Source of the DNA: Candidatus Lustribacter sp.
GTDB lineage: Bacteria > Vulcanimicrobiota > Vulcanimicrobiia > Vulcanimicrobiales > Vulcanimicrobiaceae
Assembly: GCA_965277805.1 (NCBI GenBank)
Contig: OZ255842.1
Coordinates: 5,408,001-5,472,000, forward strand
Reading direction: 5' to 3'
DNA: 64,000 nt
Below are positions 27,706-36,130 of the stretch, piece by piece. How positions within the stretch are numbered: the stretch's first letter is position 1; each line of letters opens with the position of its first letter. The translations under genes were made by a program, and so were the position numbers. Under the pieces are notes generated by a model that searched no databases, had not been told where the DNA came from, and was given only the letters and a program-made list of their open reading frames with translations.

Positions 27706-29697
27706 TCATTCCATCCCTGAGTCGTAGAACCGGACGGTGCCGCGGGCGTGGGTTTTTACGGCGGAAACAGCAACGCTGGCGTGTGAGATGATTTCGTCGA
27801 CGGCCGTTCCGTGTTCGGGCACCATCGCGACGCCGACCGTTGCGCTGAGGGTGACGAAGTTTTTGCCTTCGCGGTCGCCGGTCGAGAACGGTCGCGCGAA
27901 GCGTTCCAGATAGCGCAACGCGCGCTCGTTGACGGCGTCGCGCGACGCCGGGTTGGGGATGAAGACCGCGAAAAGGTTGCCGCCGAGCCGCCCGGTGATT
28001 TCGCCGGGTTCGGAGCGCTCCACGAAGCCGGCGGCGACCTCGACCAGCAGCGCATCGCCCGTCATGTTGCCATAACGTTCGTTGACCTCGCCGAAGCCGT
28101 CGAGGTCGAGCGCGATCACGGCGTACTGGTCGATCTCGGTCGCGGCCATGCGTGCCTGCGAGCGGAATTGAGAACGGTTGAGCAAGCCCGTGAGGACGTC
28201 GTGGGTTTGGTGATAGAGCAGCCGGTCGGATTGCCAGCGTTCCTGGATGTGATTCTGAAAGAACGACGCCAGCACTTCGACATAGACGCGATCTTGTTCC
28301 GACCACGGGCCCGTTTGCGCCGGCGCAACGAACCAAAGCACGTACATGGACCCGCCCGCACGAAACGCCGTGAAGATTCCGGAGCGCGTTCCGGTACTAT
28401 CGAACGCCGACGCCGGAAAGGCTGCCCGCAGATCGTCCCACATGCGCGTCGTCTGACCCGAGGCGAGCAGCTCCGCGGCGGCAGAACCCGCGAGCGGAAC
28501 GCGCCGCTGCTCCTGAAAATCGTTTGCGTCACCCCGCAGCGCGTAGTACTCCGGTGTTGCTGCGATCGCTTCGTAGACGATGTCGTCATCGTCGATTCGC
28601 CCCAAACCGCCGACATACGGTTGTCCGGGCCGGATCGCCGCTGCGGCTTGTTCGAGCATCGCATGCAACAGTTCGTTGTCGGAGAGCCCCGGGTTGTTGG
28701 CGATGTGCCAGAACGCTTCCAGCCGTTCCGCTTGCCGCCGGGAACGCTCCTCCGTTTCGCGCAGTGCGATGCGATTGCGTAACGCCGCCACGCCGAACGA
28801 GATGTCGCTTCCGAGCCGCACCAGCAACTCGACCTCATCGTCGTCGAAGGCGTCCGTCTCTTTCGCATACAGTGAGAGCGCGCCGAAGGTGCCGCCGTCT
28901 TCGCCGGTGAGCGGAACGGAGAGGCTCGACTTGAATCCGAGGTTCGCGGTTTCGGCGCGCCAGGGTTGCACGTTGGGATCGGCTTCGTAGTCGTGGTTGA
29001 TCACCGGTGCACCGGTTCGAATGGCGGTGCCCGTCGGTCCCCGTCCGAGGGTCGAGTCGTCCCATTTTACCGTGACGCGGTCGAGGTACTCCGCGACTGC
29101 GCCCGCATGTGCGGCCACGCGCACGTTCTTTTCCGCATCGTGCTGGGCGAGCCCGATCCACGCCATGGCGAAGCCGCCGATGTCGACGGCGACCGCACAC
29201 ATCTCGCGTAAGAGCTCCGGCTCATCCTTGGCCCGGACGAGGGCGCCATTCGCCGCGTTCAAGGTCCGCAACGCGCGATTCACACGCTTCAACGTGCGTT
29301 CGTTCCGCAGTTGTTCGGTGATGTCGAAAGCGAGACCCACGATCGCGGGACGGCCCTCAAACGTGCCGAGCGTGCTCTGCGAGAGCAAATCCAGCTGGGT
29401 GCCGTCTTTGCGGCTGAATGCACCGATGACGTGCGTCGCCTTTACGTCGCCGCGGGCCATATTGCCGAACTTTTCGCGCCGGCGCGGCCGGTCGGACTCC
29501 ACGACAAAGTCCAGGAAGCTGCGCCCGATCATCTCCGCTTGGGTGTAGCCGAAGAGTTCGGCAAAGCGCGCGTTCACGTACGCGAACGTCGTATCGAGCG
29601 CGACCATATAGACGCCGGTAAACGACTGGTTGACGATGGTATCAAACGTCGCTTGCGTCTCGCGCAGGTTGCGGCCGGCGACCCGAATTGCCCCCAC
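27706..29697 (-). CDS. PAS-GAF-GAF-GGDEF protein with degenerate active site (GGNLF)
   Basis: PAS (YVN..F..LFGY), GAF (MAWIG..GPTG.AIRTG), HDVLTGLLNR, DLDGF..VN..YG...GD, RLGGNLF. Confidence 0.85.
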   Translation of the reverse strand: MGAIRVAGRNLRETQATFDTIVNQSFTGVYMVALDTTFAYVNARFAELFGYTQAEMIGRSFLDFVVESDRPRRREKFGNMARGDVKATHVIGAFSRKDGTQLDLLSQSTLGTFEGRPAIVGLAFDITEQLRNERTLKRVNRALRTLNAANGALVRAKDEPELLREMCAVAVDIGGFAMAWIGLAQHDAEKNVRVAAHAGAVAEYLDRVTVKWDDSTLGRGPTGTAIRTGAPVINHDYEADPNVQPWRAETANLGFKSSLSVPLTGEDGGTFGALSLYAKETDAFDDDEVELLVRLGSDISFGVAALRNRIALRETEERSRRQAERLEAFWHIANNPGLSDNELLHAMLEQAAAAIRPGQPYVGGLGRIDDDDIVYEAIAATPEYYALRGDANDFQEQRRVPLAGSAAAELLASGQTTRMWDDLRAAFPASAFDSTGTRSGIFTAFRAGGSMYVLWFVAPAQTGPWSEQDRVYVEVLASFFQNHIQERWQSDRLLYHQTHDVLTGLLNRSQFRSQARMAATEIDQYAVIALDLDGFGEVNERYGNMTGDALLVEVAAGFVERSEPGEITGRLGGNLFAVFIPNPASRDAVNERALRYLERFARPFSTGDREGKNFVTLSATVGVAMVPEHGTAVDEIISHASVAVSAVKTHARGTVRFYDSGME

Positions 29698-29727
29698 ACC
29701 CGCGGGGGTTCGACGGGCAGGGGAACT

Positions 29728-30465
29728 CTACATCGAGCCGGGGGCGGGTTTCTTCGGCGTTGGCGTGACGTTGGGGTTCATGTCGGCCCAGGCGCCGTTG
29801 GGGTTCGGCAGTACCCACGGAAAGAGATCCCACATCGCCGGATGCAAGAAGATGAATTTCACTTGCGACGGATCCGTCAATCCGGGCAGGCCGGTTTTGA
29901 CGAGCGCGACTTTGTTGGCCGGAATGTCGGGGACGTTTTCGCTCAGCGTGCCGCCCGCGTCGGTGAATTTTTGCACCGGCATCGCACCGAGATGCAGCGA
30001 ACCGTCGGCGGCGGTGAAGCCCCAGTGCATGTGCGCGGCGCGATGAACCCAGCGCGCGGGATCGATCGCGTAGCCGAACAGCGACGTCGGTGCGTTCGGC
30101 GATTTGTCTTGCAGAATCGTGTAGTCGACGCCGAGCAGCCGGCCGTTGGCGTCGTACCAGAGCTGGTTGGGAACGTCGAGATCGATCGAGTTCCACACTT
30201 TCAAGTTTACGTAGCTGATCGCGCCGGTATTATCTTCGCCCGTGTACTGGAAGTAGCCGGCTTTCTGCGCCGATGCGACCGTCGGGTAGAGTTTCGGAAT
30301 GTCGACCTGGATCTTCGCGATGAACGGCTGTTCCGCGGGCGTCGGCATCGGCGGCATCTTCGTAGGTGTGGGCGCCGCCATCGGCATCGGCATCGTTTGT
30401 GCGAATGTACGTGACGGCGCAAGCGTACACAAAGCGATGAACGAAAGAACGGTTTGTCGATTCAT
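29728..30465 (-). CDS. Secreted hypothetical protein
   Basis: Signal peptide, Met/Pro-rich linker, AQKAGY..P.QLWYD..WVHRAAHMH..PNPNG.W..NP. Confidence 0.75.
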   Translation of the reverse strand: MNRQTVLSFIALCTLAPSRTFAQTMPMPMAAPTPTKMPPMPTPAEQPFIAKIQVDIPKLYPTVASAQKAGYFQYTGEDNTGAISYVNLKVWNSIDLDVPNQLWYDANGRLLGVDYTILQDKSPNAPTSLFGYAIDPARWVHRAAHMHWGFTAADGSLHLGAMPVQKFTDAGGTLSENVPDIPANKVALVKTGLPGLTDPSQVKFIFLHPAMWDLFPWVLPNPNGAWADMNPNVTPTPKKPAPGSM

Positions 30466-30552
30466 GACTGCCTCCAGCAAGTGACCTCTGCGGCGGCCTT
30501 CGCGCGCTACGCGCGTAACGCCCGCAAGAAACTCTTAGCGAATGCTCAGGCT

Positions 30553-32031
30553 TTAGACGACTGCGTCGAGCGGCAGCGTTGCGGCGCGCGGTGCGTAGGC
30601 AGCCCAAGCCGCGGCGAGACGTTCGACCCCGGCGACCAGCACCTCGGGATCGAGCACGAACGGCAACCGCAAGCGCCGCGCATGGCGCTCCGCCGATGAG
30701 AAGACCGGCCCGGGTGCGATCGTGACGCCGAAGCGCGCAGCCTCCAGCGCGAAGCTGGCCGAATCGCCGTGCGGTAACTCGATCCAGAGCGACGAGCCGC
30801 CGCACGGTTCGTTGCGGTTCCACGACGGAAGTTCGGCTTCGAGTGCGCCGGTCAGCGTGCGATAGCGTTCGGCCAATTGCGCGCGGCGCTCGTCGCGCAC
30901 GCGATCGCGCAGCGGCAAGAGTTCCGCGCACAACGCTTGCCCAACCAGCGACGTGCCGAGATCCGCGACGATCTTGAGTGGTGCGATGCGGCTGATCATG
31001 TGCGCTTCGCCGCGCACCCAGCCGATGCGCAGCCCGCCCCAGAAAAGCTTGCACGCGGAGCCGATCGAGAGCACCGTCGCGCCGCCCGCGAGCGCTGCGA
31101 TCGGCGGCGGCGGCGCGACGTCGTAGATCGAGATATCGCAGAGCGTCTCGTCCTCGACGATCGTCCAGCCTTCGCGTTCGGCCATCGCCGCAAGCGCGAC
31201 GCGCCGTTCGGGCGCGAGCACGGTGCCGGTCGGGTTGTTGTAGGTCGTCGCAACGTACACGGCGGCCGGGATGCGCGCGGCGGGCAAGCGGTCGAGTTCT
31301 TCGACGTTGGCGCCGTCGCCGTCGACCGCGATCGCCACGATATCGGCGCCGGCGGCGCGAAACGCATCGAGCGAGGCCGGGTTCGTCGGGTCTTCCATCG
31401 CTACGCGGTCGCCGCGGAAGAGCTGCGCGACGAGCGCGATTGCCTGCTGCGCGCCGCTGGTCACGATGATCTGCTCGGGATCGGTTGGTAATCCGCGGGC
31501 CGTGTAGCCGCGCGCGATCTCGCGCCGCAGCGCGGGCAGTCCAAGCGGCAGATAGCCGGGCGTTTCGCGCGAGAGCTTCTGGAGCTGCTTAGCGAGCCGC
31601 TCGCCGGCCGGCCCAAGTTCGCGCGAGCCGGGCAGCGCCGCGATCGTGAACTCCACCATCGAGCGTGGACCGTCGCGGTTGTCGACGATCGAGACGAGGT
31701 GGCCCGGCGAGAAGCGCCCACCGCGCGTCAGCGGGCCGGGTGGTCCGGCGTAGGTGCCGCTGCCGCGCTGCGTGTGGGCCCGGCCTTCGGCCTTTAGCCG
31801 GTCGTACGCGGCGACCACCGTGCTGCGGCTGATCCCAAGCCGCTGGGCCAGGTCGCGCTCCGATGGCAGGCGGGTGCCGGCTGGGATCGTGCCACGGAGG
31901 ACGGCGGACTCGAGGGCGCTTGCCAGCCGAGCCAGCATTGGACCCGAGCCACGCGTCCAGTCAGCCAGCGCAGCCGCAACGTCGGCGACCTGGGCATGCG
32001 GGGTCGGGGCGGAATGGCGCTCGAGTGGCAT
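30553..32031 (-). CDS. MocR/GabR family regulator (GntR wHTH plus PLP aminotransferase domain)
   Basis: GTRLPSERDLA..LGISRSTV..AY; TSGAQQA, NNPTG, SACKLFWGGLRIGW. Confidence 0.93.
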   Translation of the reverse strand: MPLERHSAPTPHAQVADVAAALADWTRGSGPMLARLASALESAVLRGTIPAGTRLPSERDLAQRLGISRSTVVAAYDRLKAEGRAHTQRGSGTYAGPPGPLTRGGRFSPGHLVSIVDNRDGPRSMVEFTIAALPGSRELGPAGERLAKQLQKLSRETPGYLPLGLPALRREIARGYTARGLPTDPEQIIVTSGAQQAIALVAQLFRGDRVAMEDPTNPASLDAFRAAGADIVAIAVDGDGANVEELDRLPAARIPAAVYVATTYNNPTGTVLAPERRVALAAMAEREGWTIVEDETLCDISIYDVAPPPPIAALAGGATVLSIGSACKLFWGGLRIGWVRGEAHMISRIAPLKIVADLGTSLVGQALCAELLPLRDRVRDERRAQLAERYRTLTGALEAELPSWNRNEPCGGSSLWIELPHGDSASFALEAARFGVTIAPGPVFSSAERHARRLRLPFVLDPEVLVAGVERLAAAWAAYAPRAATLPLDAVV

Positions 32032-32035
32032 GGTG

Positions 32036-32065
32036 TGGACTGCTTTTGTCTGGCCTCCTCAACCA
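32036..32065. promoter_or_regulatory. Putative MocR operator (TGGACT/TGGCCT direct repeats plus inverted AACCA)
   Basis: In the 64-bp divergent gap; MocR proteins typically bind combined direct and inverted short repeats. Confidence 0.35.
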
Positions 32066-32095
32066 TTCCCTCGCGCCGGCAATTATGTGGGGCCG

Positions 32096-33778
32096 ATGCT
32101 GCTCGAGGCGGATGTGCTCGTGATCGGCGCCGGGGCCGCCGGTCTCATGGCAGCGCGCGCTGCCGCCGCGGCCGGCGCGTCGGTCGTGATCGCGGACAAG
32201 AGCATCATCGGCCGGGGCGGCGCCACCATCATGGCCCAGATGACCACCGCCGTGGCCCTCGGAGCTGCCGAGCCGGATTCGGTCGAGCTGCACGCGCTCG
32301 ACACGTGGGAGGGCAGCCGTGATCTCGGCGACCACGCGATTATCGACGTCATCTGCACGCGCGCGCCCGATGTGATTCGTGAAGTCGAAGGCTACGGTGC
32401 GAATTGGGCGCGCACGGCCGACGGCAGCTACAGCCAAGTGTTCGCACCCGGACACTCGCGCAAACGCTGCGTGTACGTCGACGTGCTGCGCACCGGCGAT
32501 GCGGTTTCGCAAGCGTTGCGCAGCGTCGTGCGCCGCGACGGCAACGTCGTGCGCCTCTCCAACGTGATGCTCACGAAGCTTGCGAAAGACGCCGATCGCG
32601 TTACCGGCGCGCTCGGCTTCGCGATCGAGCAACTCGAACCGGTGGGCATCGCGGCAAAGACCACGATCGTCGCGACCGGCGGGCTCACGTTCCTCTACGC
32701 GCGCAACAGCGCATCGGCGAATATGACCGGCGACGGTTTTCTGCTCGCCGCCGAAGCGGGTGCGACGCTGCGCGACATGGAGATGGTGCAGTTCTTTCCG
32801 ATCGCGCACCTGTATCCGCCGCTGGTGCAACTCGATCCGATCATGTGGGATCCGTTTCGCTACAAGCTCGGCGGCCGTTTGCTCAACGGCAACGGCGAAG
32901 AATTTCTCGGCGAGAGCGGTGATGCGTCGGGCGCGTACACGACGCCGCGCGATACCGCCACGTACAAGATCTTTCGCGAAGTCGAAGCGGGCCGCGGCTC
33001 GCCGCACGGCGGCGCGTATCTCGATTTCCGGATGATCGGCGCGGACGCACTCAAGGCCGGTTTCGGACCCGTCATCGACATCCTCGCGCGTCAGGGCATC
33101 GATCTTACGCGCGACATGGTCGAGGTGTCGCCGATGGCGCACTTCATGCTCGGGGGCATCGCGGTGGACGCGTCGATGCAGACCGGCGTCGAAGGACTGC
33201 TCGCCTGCGGTGAAGCGATCGCCGGCATGCACGGCGCCAATCGCCTCTCGGGCAATGCGATCACCGAGGCGCTCGTCACGGGCCGCATCGCGGGCGAAAT
33301 GGCCGCCGCACGCCAAGCAATCGCGCGCACCTCGATCGAAGCGGCGCTGGCGGAAGAGTGGGCGCAGCTGAAGGCGCTGTGGCATCCGCGCGCGGTTTCG
33401 CGCGACGATGGGCCGGTCGATGCGTTGAAGGCGCGCTTGCAGCAGACGATGTGGGACAACGCGGGACCGCTGCGTACCGGTCCGCAGCTCGAACGCGCGC
33501 TGGCCGACATCCGCGCGCTCGAAGCGGAGAGCGCCGGGCTCGCGCTGGCGCCGGTCGAGGCGTTCGCCTTGAATCTGCAAGAACGCGTGGAATTGCGGAT
33601 CATGCTGGCGGTGGCGGAGTCTATCGTGCTGCCGGCGCTCGAGCGGCGCGAATCGCGCGGCGCGCACGTGCGGCTCGACTTTCCCGAACAAGATGCCGCC
33701 ACGGTCGCGCACATCCTCGCGCGCAGCGACGAGCGCTGGACGATGACCTCGCGCGAAACCGCGGCGGCTTCGGCATGA
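32096..33778 (+). CDS. SdhA/FrdA/NadB-superfamily flavoprotein with atypical active site
   Basis: DVLVIGAGAAG, ATGG, TGDG, DMEMVQFFP, HFMLGG, ACGE..GMHGANRLSGNA, RRESRGAH.R.DFP. Confidence 0.9.
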   Translation: MLLEADVLVIGAGAAGLMAARAAAAAGASVVIADKSIIGRGGATIMAQMTTAVALGAAEPDSVELHALDTWEGSRDLGDHAIIDVICTRAPDVIREVEGYGANWARTADGSYSQVFAPGHSRKRCVYVDVLRTGDAVSQALRSVVRRDGNVVRLSNVMLTKLAKDADRVTGALGFAIEQLEPVGIAAKTTIVATGGLTFLYARNSASANMTGDGFLLAAEAGATLRDMEMVQFFPIAHLYPPLVQLDPIMWDPFRYKLGGRLLNGNGEEFLGESGDASGAYTTPRDTATYKIFREVEAGRGSPHGGAYLDFRMIGADALKAGFGPVIDILARQGIDLTRDMVEVSPMAHFMLGGIAVDASMQTGVEGLLACGEAIAGMHGANRLSGNAITEALVTGRIAGEMAAARQAIARTSIEAALAEEWAQLKALWHPRAVSRDDGPVDALKARLQQTMWDNAGPLRTGPQLERALADIRALEAESAGLALAPVEAFALNLQERVELRIMLAVAESIVLPALERRESRGAHVRLDFPEQDAATVAHILARSDERWTMTSRETAAASA

Positions 33779-34089
33779 GCGGAACGACGACGACGCTCGC
33801 GATCGCGCGCGCCGTTCCGGGCGGCGAGCCGTGCGTCGAAGAGTTCGTCGTGCCGTACGAAGACGGGCTCACGCTGCTCGACGCGATCATCTGGATCCGC
33901 CGTCATCACGATCCGTCGCTGGCGGTGCGTTTCTCGTGCAAGGCCAATGCCTGTAAGGAATGTTCCGCCCTCATCGACGGCAAGCCAGGCTTTTTGTGCG
34001 CTCAGCGCGCAGTGCCCGATGCAACAGCGCGAATCGGACCGCTGCCCAAACCGCGCTTGATCCGCGACCTCGTGACCGAACTGTACTGA
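33775..34089 (+). CDS. Stand-alone 2Fe-2S protein (SdhB/FrdB N-terminal domain only, 104 aa)
   Basis: TLLDA..I....DPSL..RFSCKANACKEC...IDG....LC..IGPL...IRDLV, then stop; ATGA overlap with the flavoprotein. Confidence 0.85.
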   Translation: MSGTTTTLAIARAVPGGEPCVEEFVVPYEDGLTLLDAIIWIRRHHDPSLAVRFSCKANACKECSALIDGKPGFLCAQRAVPDATARIGPLPKPRLIRDLVTELY

Positions 34090-34105
34090 TGGAGACGAGC
34101 GAGTA

Positions 34106-35557
34106 ATGCCGAAAAACCTGCGCACGTTCATGCGCGATGCCGTCGAGCGCTTTCCCGGTTCGATCAAAGTGATCGACGTGCCGGTCGAGCGGCGCTTCGG
34201 TATCACCGCGTATGCGGCGAAGCTCGCGCAGACCGGCGAGTACAAAGGTCTGCTCTTCAACAACGTGATCGGATCGCGGTTTCCGGTTGTGACCAACCTG
34301 ATGTCGAGCTACGACCGCATGGCGATGGCGATGAACTGCGGGATCGAAGAGCTGCCGCAAGTCTACGGCACCCGCGTGAAGAAACCGATCGCGCCGGTGA
34401 TCGTCGCGCGCGACGCCGCGCCGGTGAAAGACGTCGTGATGCGCGCCGACATCGACCTTGCGACCTTGCCGATCCCGGTGCACAACGCGCTCGACGGCGG
34501 GCCGTACCTCACCGCCGCCGCAACCGTCATGCGCGATCCCGAAACGGGCGCGCAGAACGTCGGCATCTACCGCCATCACGTGTTCAACAAGACCGAGATG
34601 GGCGTGTGGTTCTTCGGCAGCCATCACGGCAGCGACATCGTCGGGCGCTACGAGCGGCGGGGTGAGCGCACGCCGTTCGCGATCGCGATCGGCCACCATC
34701 CGGCGTTTTTGATGGGTGCGGCCGCGCGTTTGCCCGGCATCGGCGGCGAATACGATGCGGCCGGCGCGCTGCTCGGCGAGCCGGTCGAATTGGTCGAAGC
34801 CGAAACCTCCGATCTGATGGTGCCCGCGCAAGCGGAATTCATCATCGAAGGCTACATCGCGCCCGGGCAGCTCCGGCGCGAAGGGCCGTTCGGCGAGTGG
34901 CCCGGCCACTACCTGAACGAAGAAGACGTGCCGATCATGACCGTCACCGCGATCACGCACCGGCGCGATGCGATCTTTCAGGACATCATCGGCGCGGGCC
35001 GCGAGCATTTGCTCATGGGCGGCATTCCGCGTGCCGGCAGCATCTATCGCAGCGTGAAGGACGTCGTTCCCGACGTCGTCGCGGTCAACGTGCCGCCGCA
35101 TAGCCGGATGCACTGCTACGTATCGATCAAACGCCGGCACAACGTCGATGCGAAGCGCGCGGCGTTTGCGGCGCTGAATACCGAGCCCGAGAATTTGCGC
35201 GCCGTAATCGTCGTCGATGACGACATCAACGTCTACGACGACGGTGACGTGCTGTGGGCGGTGGGGACGCGTTTCGACGCCACGCGCGATCTCACGATCG
35301 TGCAGGGTTGGAGCGGGCCCGGCGGATTATTGCCGACCAACTGGGAGTACTTCGCTGACGGAACCAAGACGGCGCGGGCTTCGAGTGCGATCATCATCGA
35401 CGCTACGAAGCCGCCGCCACCGGTACCGTATCCCCCGCGCACGCAAGTTCCGGACGACGAAGTGAATCGTGTCGATCTCGGAACGATGAGCGATCTCACC
35501 GGGGCAAACCCATACCTGCGCGCCGCTGAGGAAGCGGCGCGCGTAGGTTTGGTTTAG
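34106..35557 (+). CDS. UbiD family prFMN-dependent (de)carboxylase
   Basis: DLATLPIP.H...DGGPY.T, NVGIYR, VPA.AE.IIEG, EGPFGEW.G.Y, VIVVDDDI, IIDATK. Confidence 0.93.
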   Translation: MPKNLRTFMRDAVERFPGSIKVIDVPVERRFGITAYAAKLAQTGEYKGLLFNNVIGSRFPVVTNLMSSYDRMAMAMNCGIEELPQVYGTRVKKPIAPVIVARDAAPVKDVVMRADIDLATLPIPVHNALDGGPYLTAAATVMRDPETGAQNVGIYRHHVFNKTEMGVWFFGSHHGSDIVGRYERRGERTPFAIAIGHHPAFLMGAAARLPGIGGEYDAAGALLGEPVELVEAETSDLMVPAQAEFIIEGYIAPGQLRREGPFGEWPGHYLNEEDVPIMTVTAITHRRDAIFQDIIGAGREHLLMGGIPRAGSIYRSVKDVVPDVVAVNVPPHSRMHCYVSIKRRHNVDAKRAAFAALNTEPENLRAVIVVDDDINVYDDGDVLWAVGTRFDATRDLTIVQGWSGPGGLLPTNWEYFADGTKTARASSAIIIDATKPPPPVPYPPRTQVPDDEVNRVDLGTMSDLTGANPYLRAAEEAARVGLV

Positions 35558-35889
35558 GAGGCCTTTTTCTCGGCGGCAGCCGCGTCGGCGGCAGCCTTCT
35601 TGCCTTGCTCGATCAGGGCTTTGACCTTCTGGCCGCCCTTTTGGCCGATCTCTTCGTAAAAAGCCGGGCCGTAACGGTCGCGAGTGGCCTCGCCGCCTTT
35701 TTTGCCGCCTTTTTTACCGATGGCCTCGTAGAAAGCGTGGCCGTGAGCCTTTTTCGTAGCCTGACCACCCTTGCGGCCGATCATCTCGTAAAATTCGGGG
35801 CCATACTTTTTCTTGACGGTCTCGCCGCCTTTTTGACCGGCTTCGCGGACGCTCATGCCGGGTTTACGCTCTGGAGTGGGGGTGGACAT
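35554..35889 (-). CDS. General stress protein with KGG repeats (GsiB/YciG-like)
   Basis: MSVREAGQKGG..FYEMIGRKGG..FYEAIGKKGG..FYEEIGQKGG. Confidence 0.9.
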   Translation of the reverse strand: MSTPTPERKPGMSVREAGQKGGETVKKKYGPEFYEMIGRKGGQATKKAHGHAFYEAIGKKGGKKGGEATRDRYGPAFYEEIGQKGGQKVKALIEQGKKAAADAAAAEKKAS

Positions 35890-36061
35890 GACGGGAACCT
35901 CGTTCGTTTCTAGATTTGGACCTATCGGAAGTAACGTAAGCGGTCACTCGAAAGTTGTGCCCAGGGCCCTCAAGTTTGCAAAGCTTCCGCTTGACTTGGC
36001 TGGCGGGGCGCTTCGAGGGGTGGGCCGCTCGGCTACCCTTCGGTTGGATAGCCGTACGACT

Positions 36062-36085
36062 GTACCCAATTATCGGCTCTTGAAC
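36062..36085 (-). promoter_or_regulatory. SigB-type promoter candidate GTTCAA-N12-GGGTAC
   Basis: Near-consensus SigB motif upstream of the KGG stress gene. Confidence 0.45.
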
Positions 36086-36130
36086 TACTGCTTTTCTATC
36101 CGCCTTACGGCAGATAGTCGCAGATCGAGC

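Noticed and set aside
31754-32095. N-terminal extension of the 674-aa flavoprotein ORF
   Set aside because: Overlaps the MocR gene on the other strand; the FAD-binding motif starts right after ATG 32096
31961-33712. 583-aa minus-strand ORF
   Set aside because: Antisense to the well-supported flavoprotein gene; Arg/Ala-rich shadow composition
32096-34089. Calling these genes sdhA/sdhB or frdA/frdB
   Set aside because: Covalent-FAD His, a substrate-binding His, the 4Fe-4S/3Fe-4S domain and the membrane anchors are all missing
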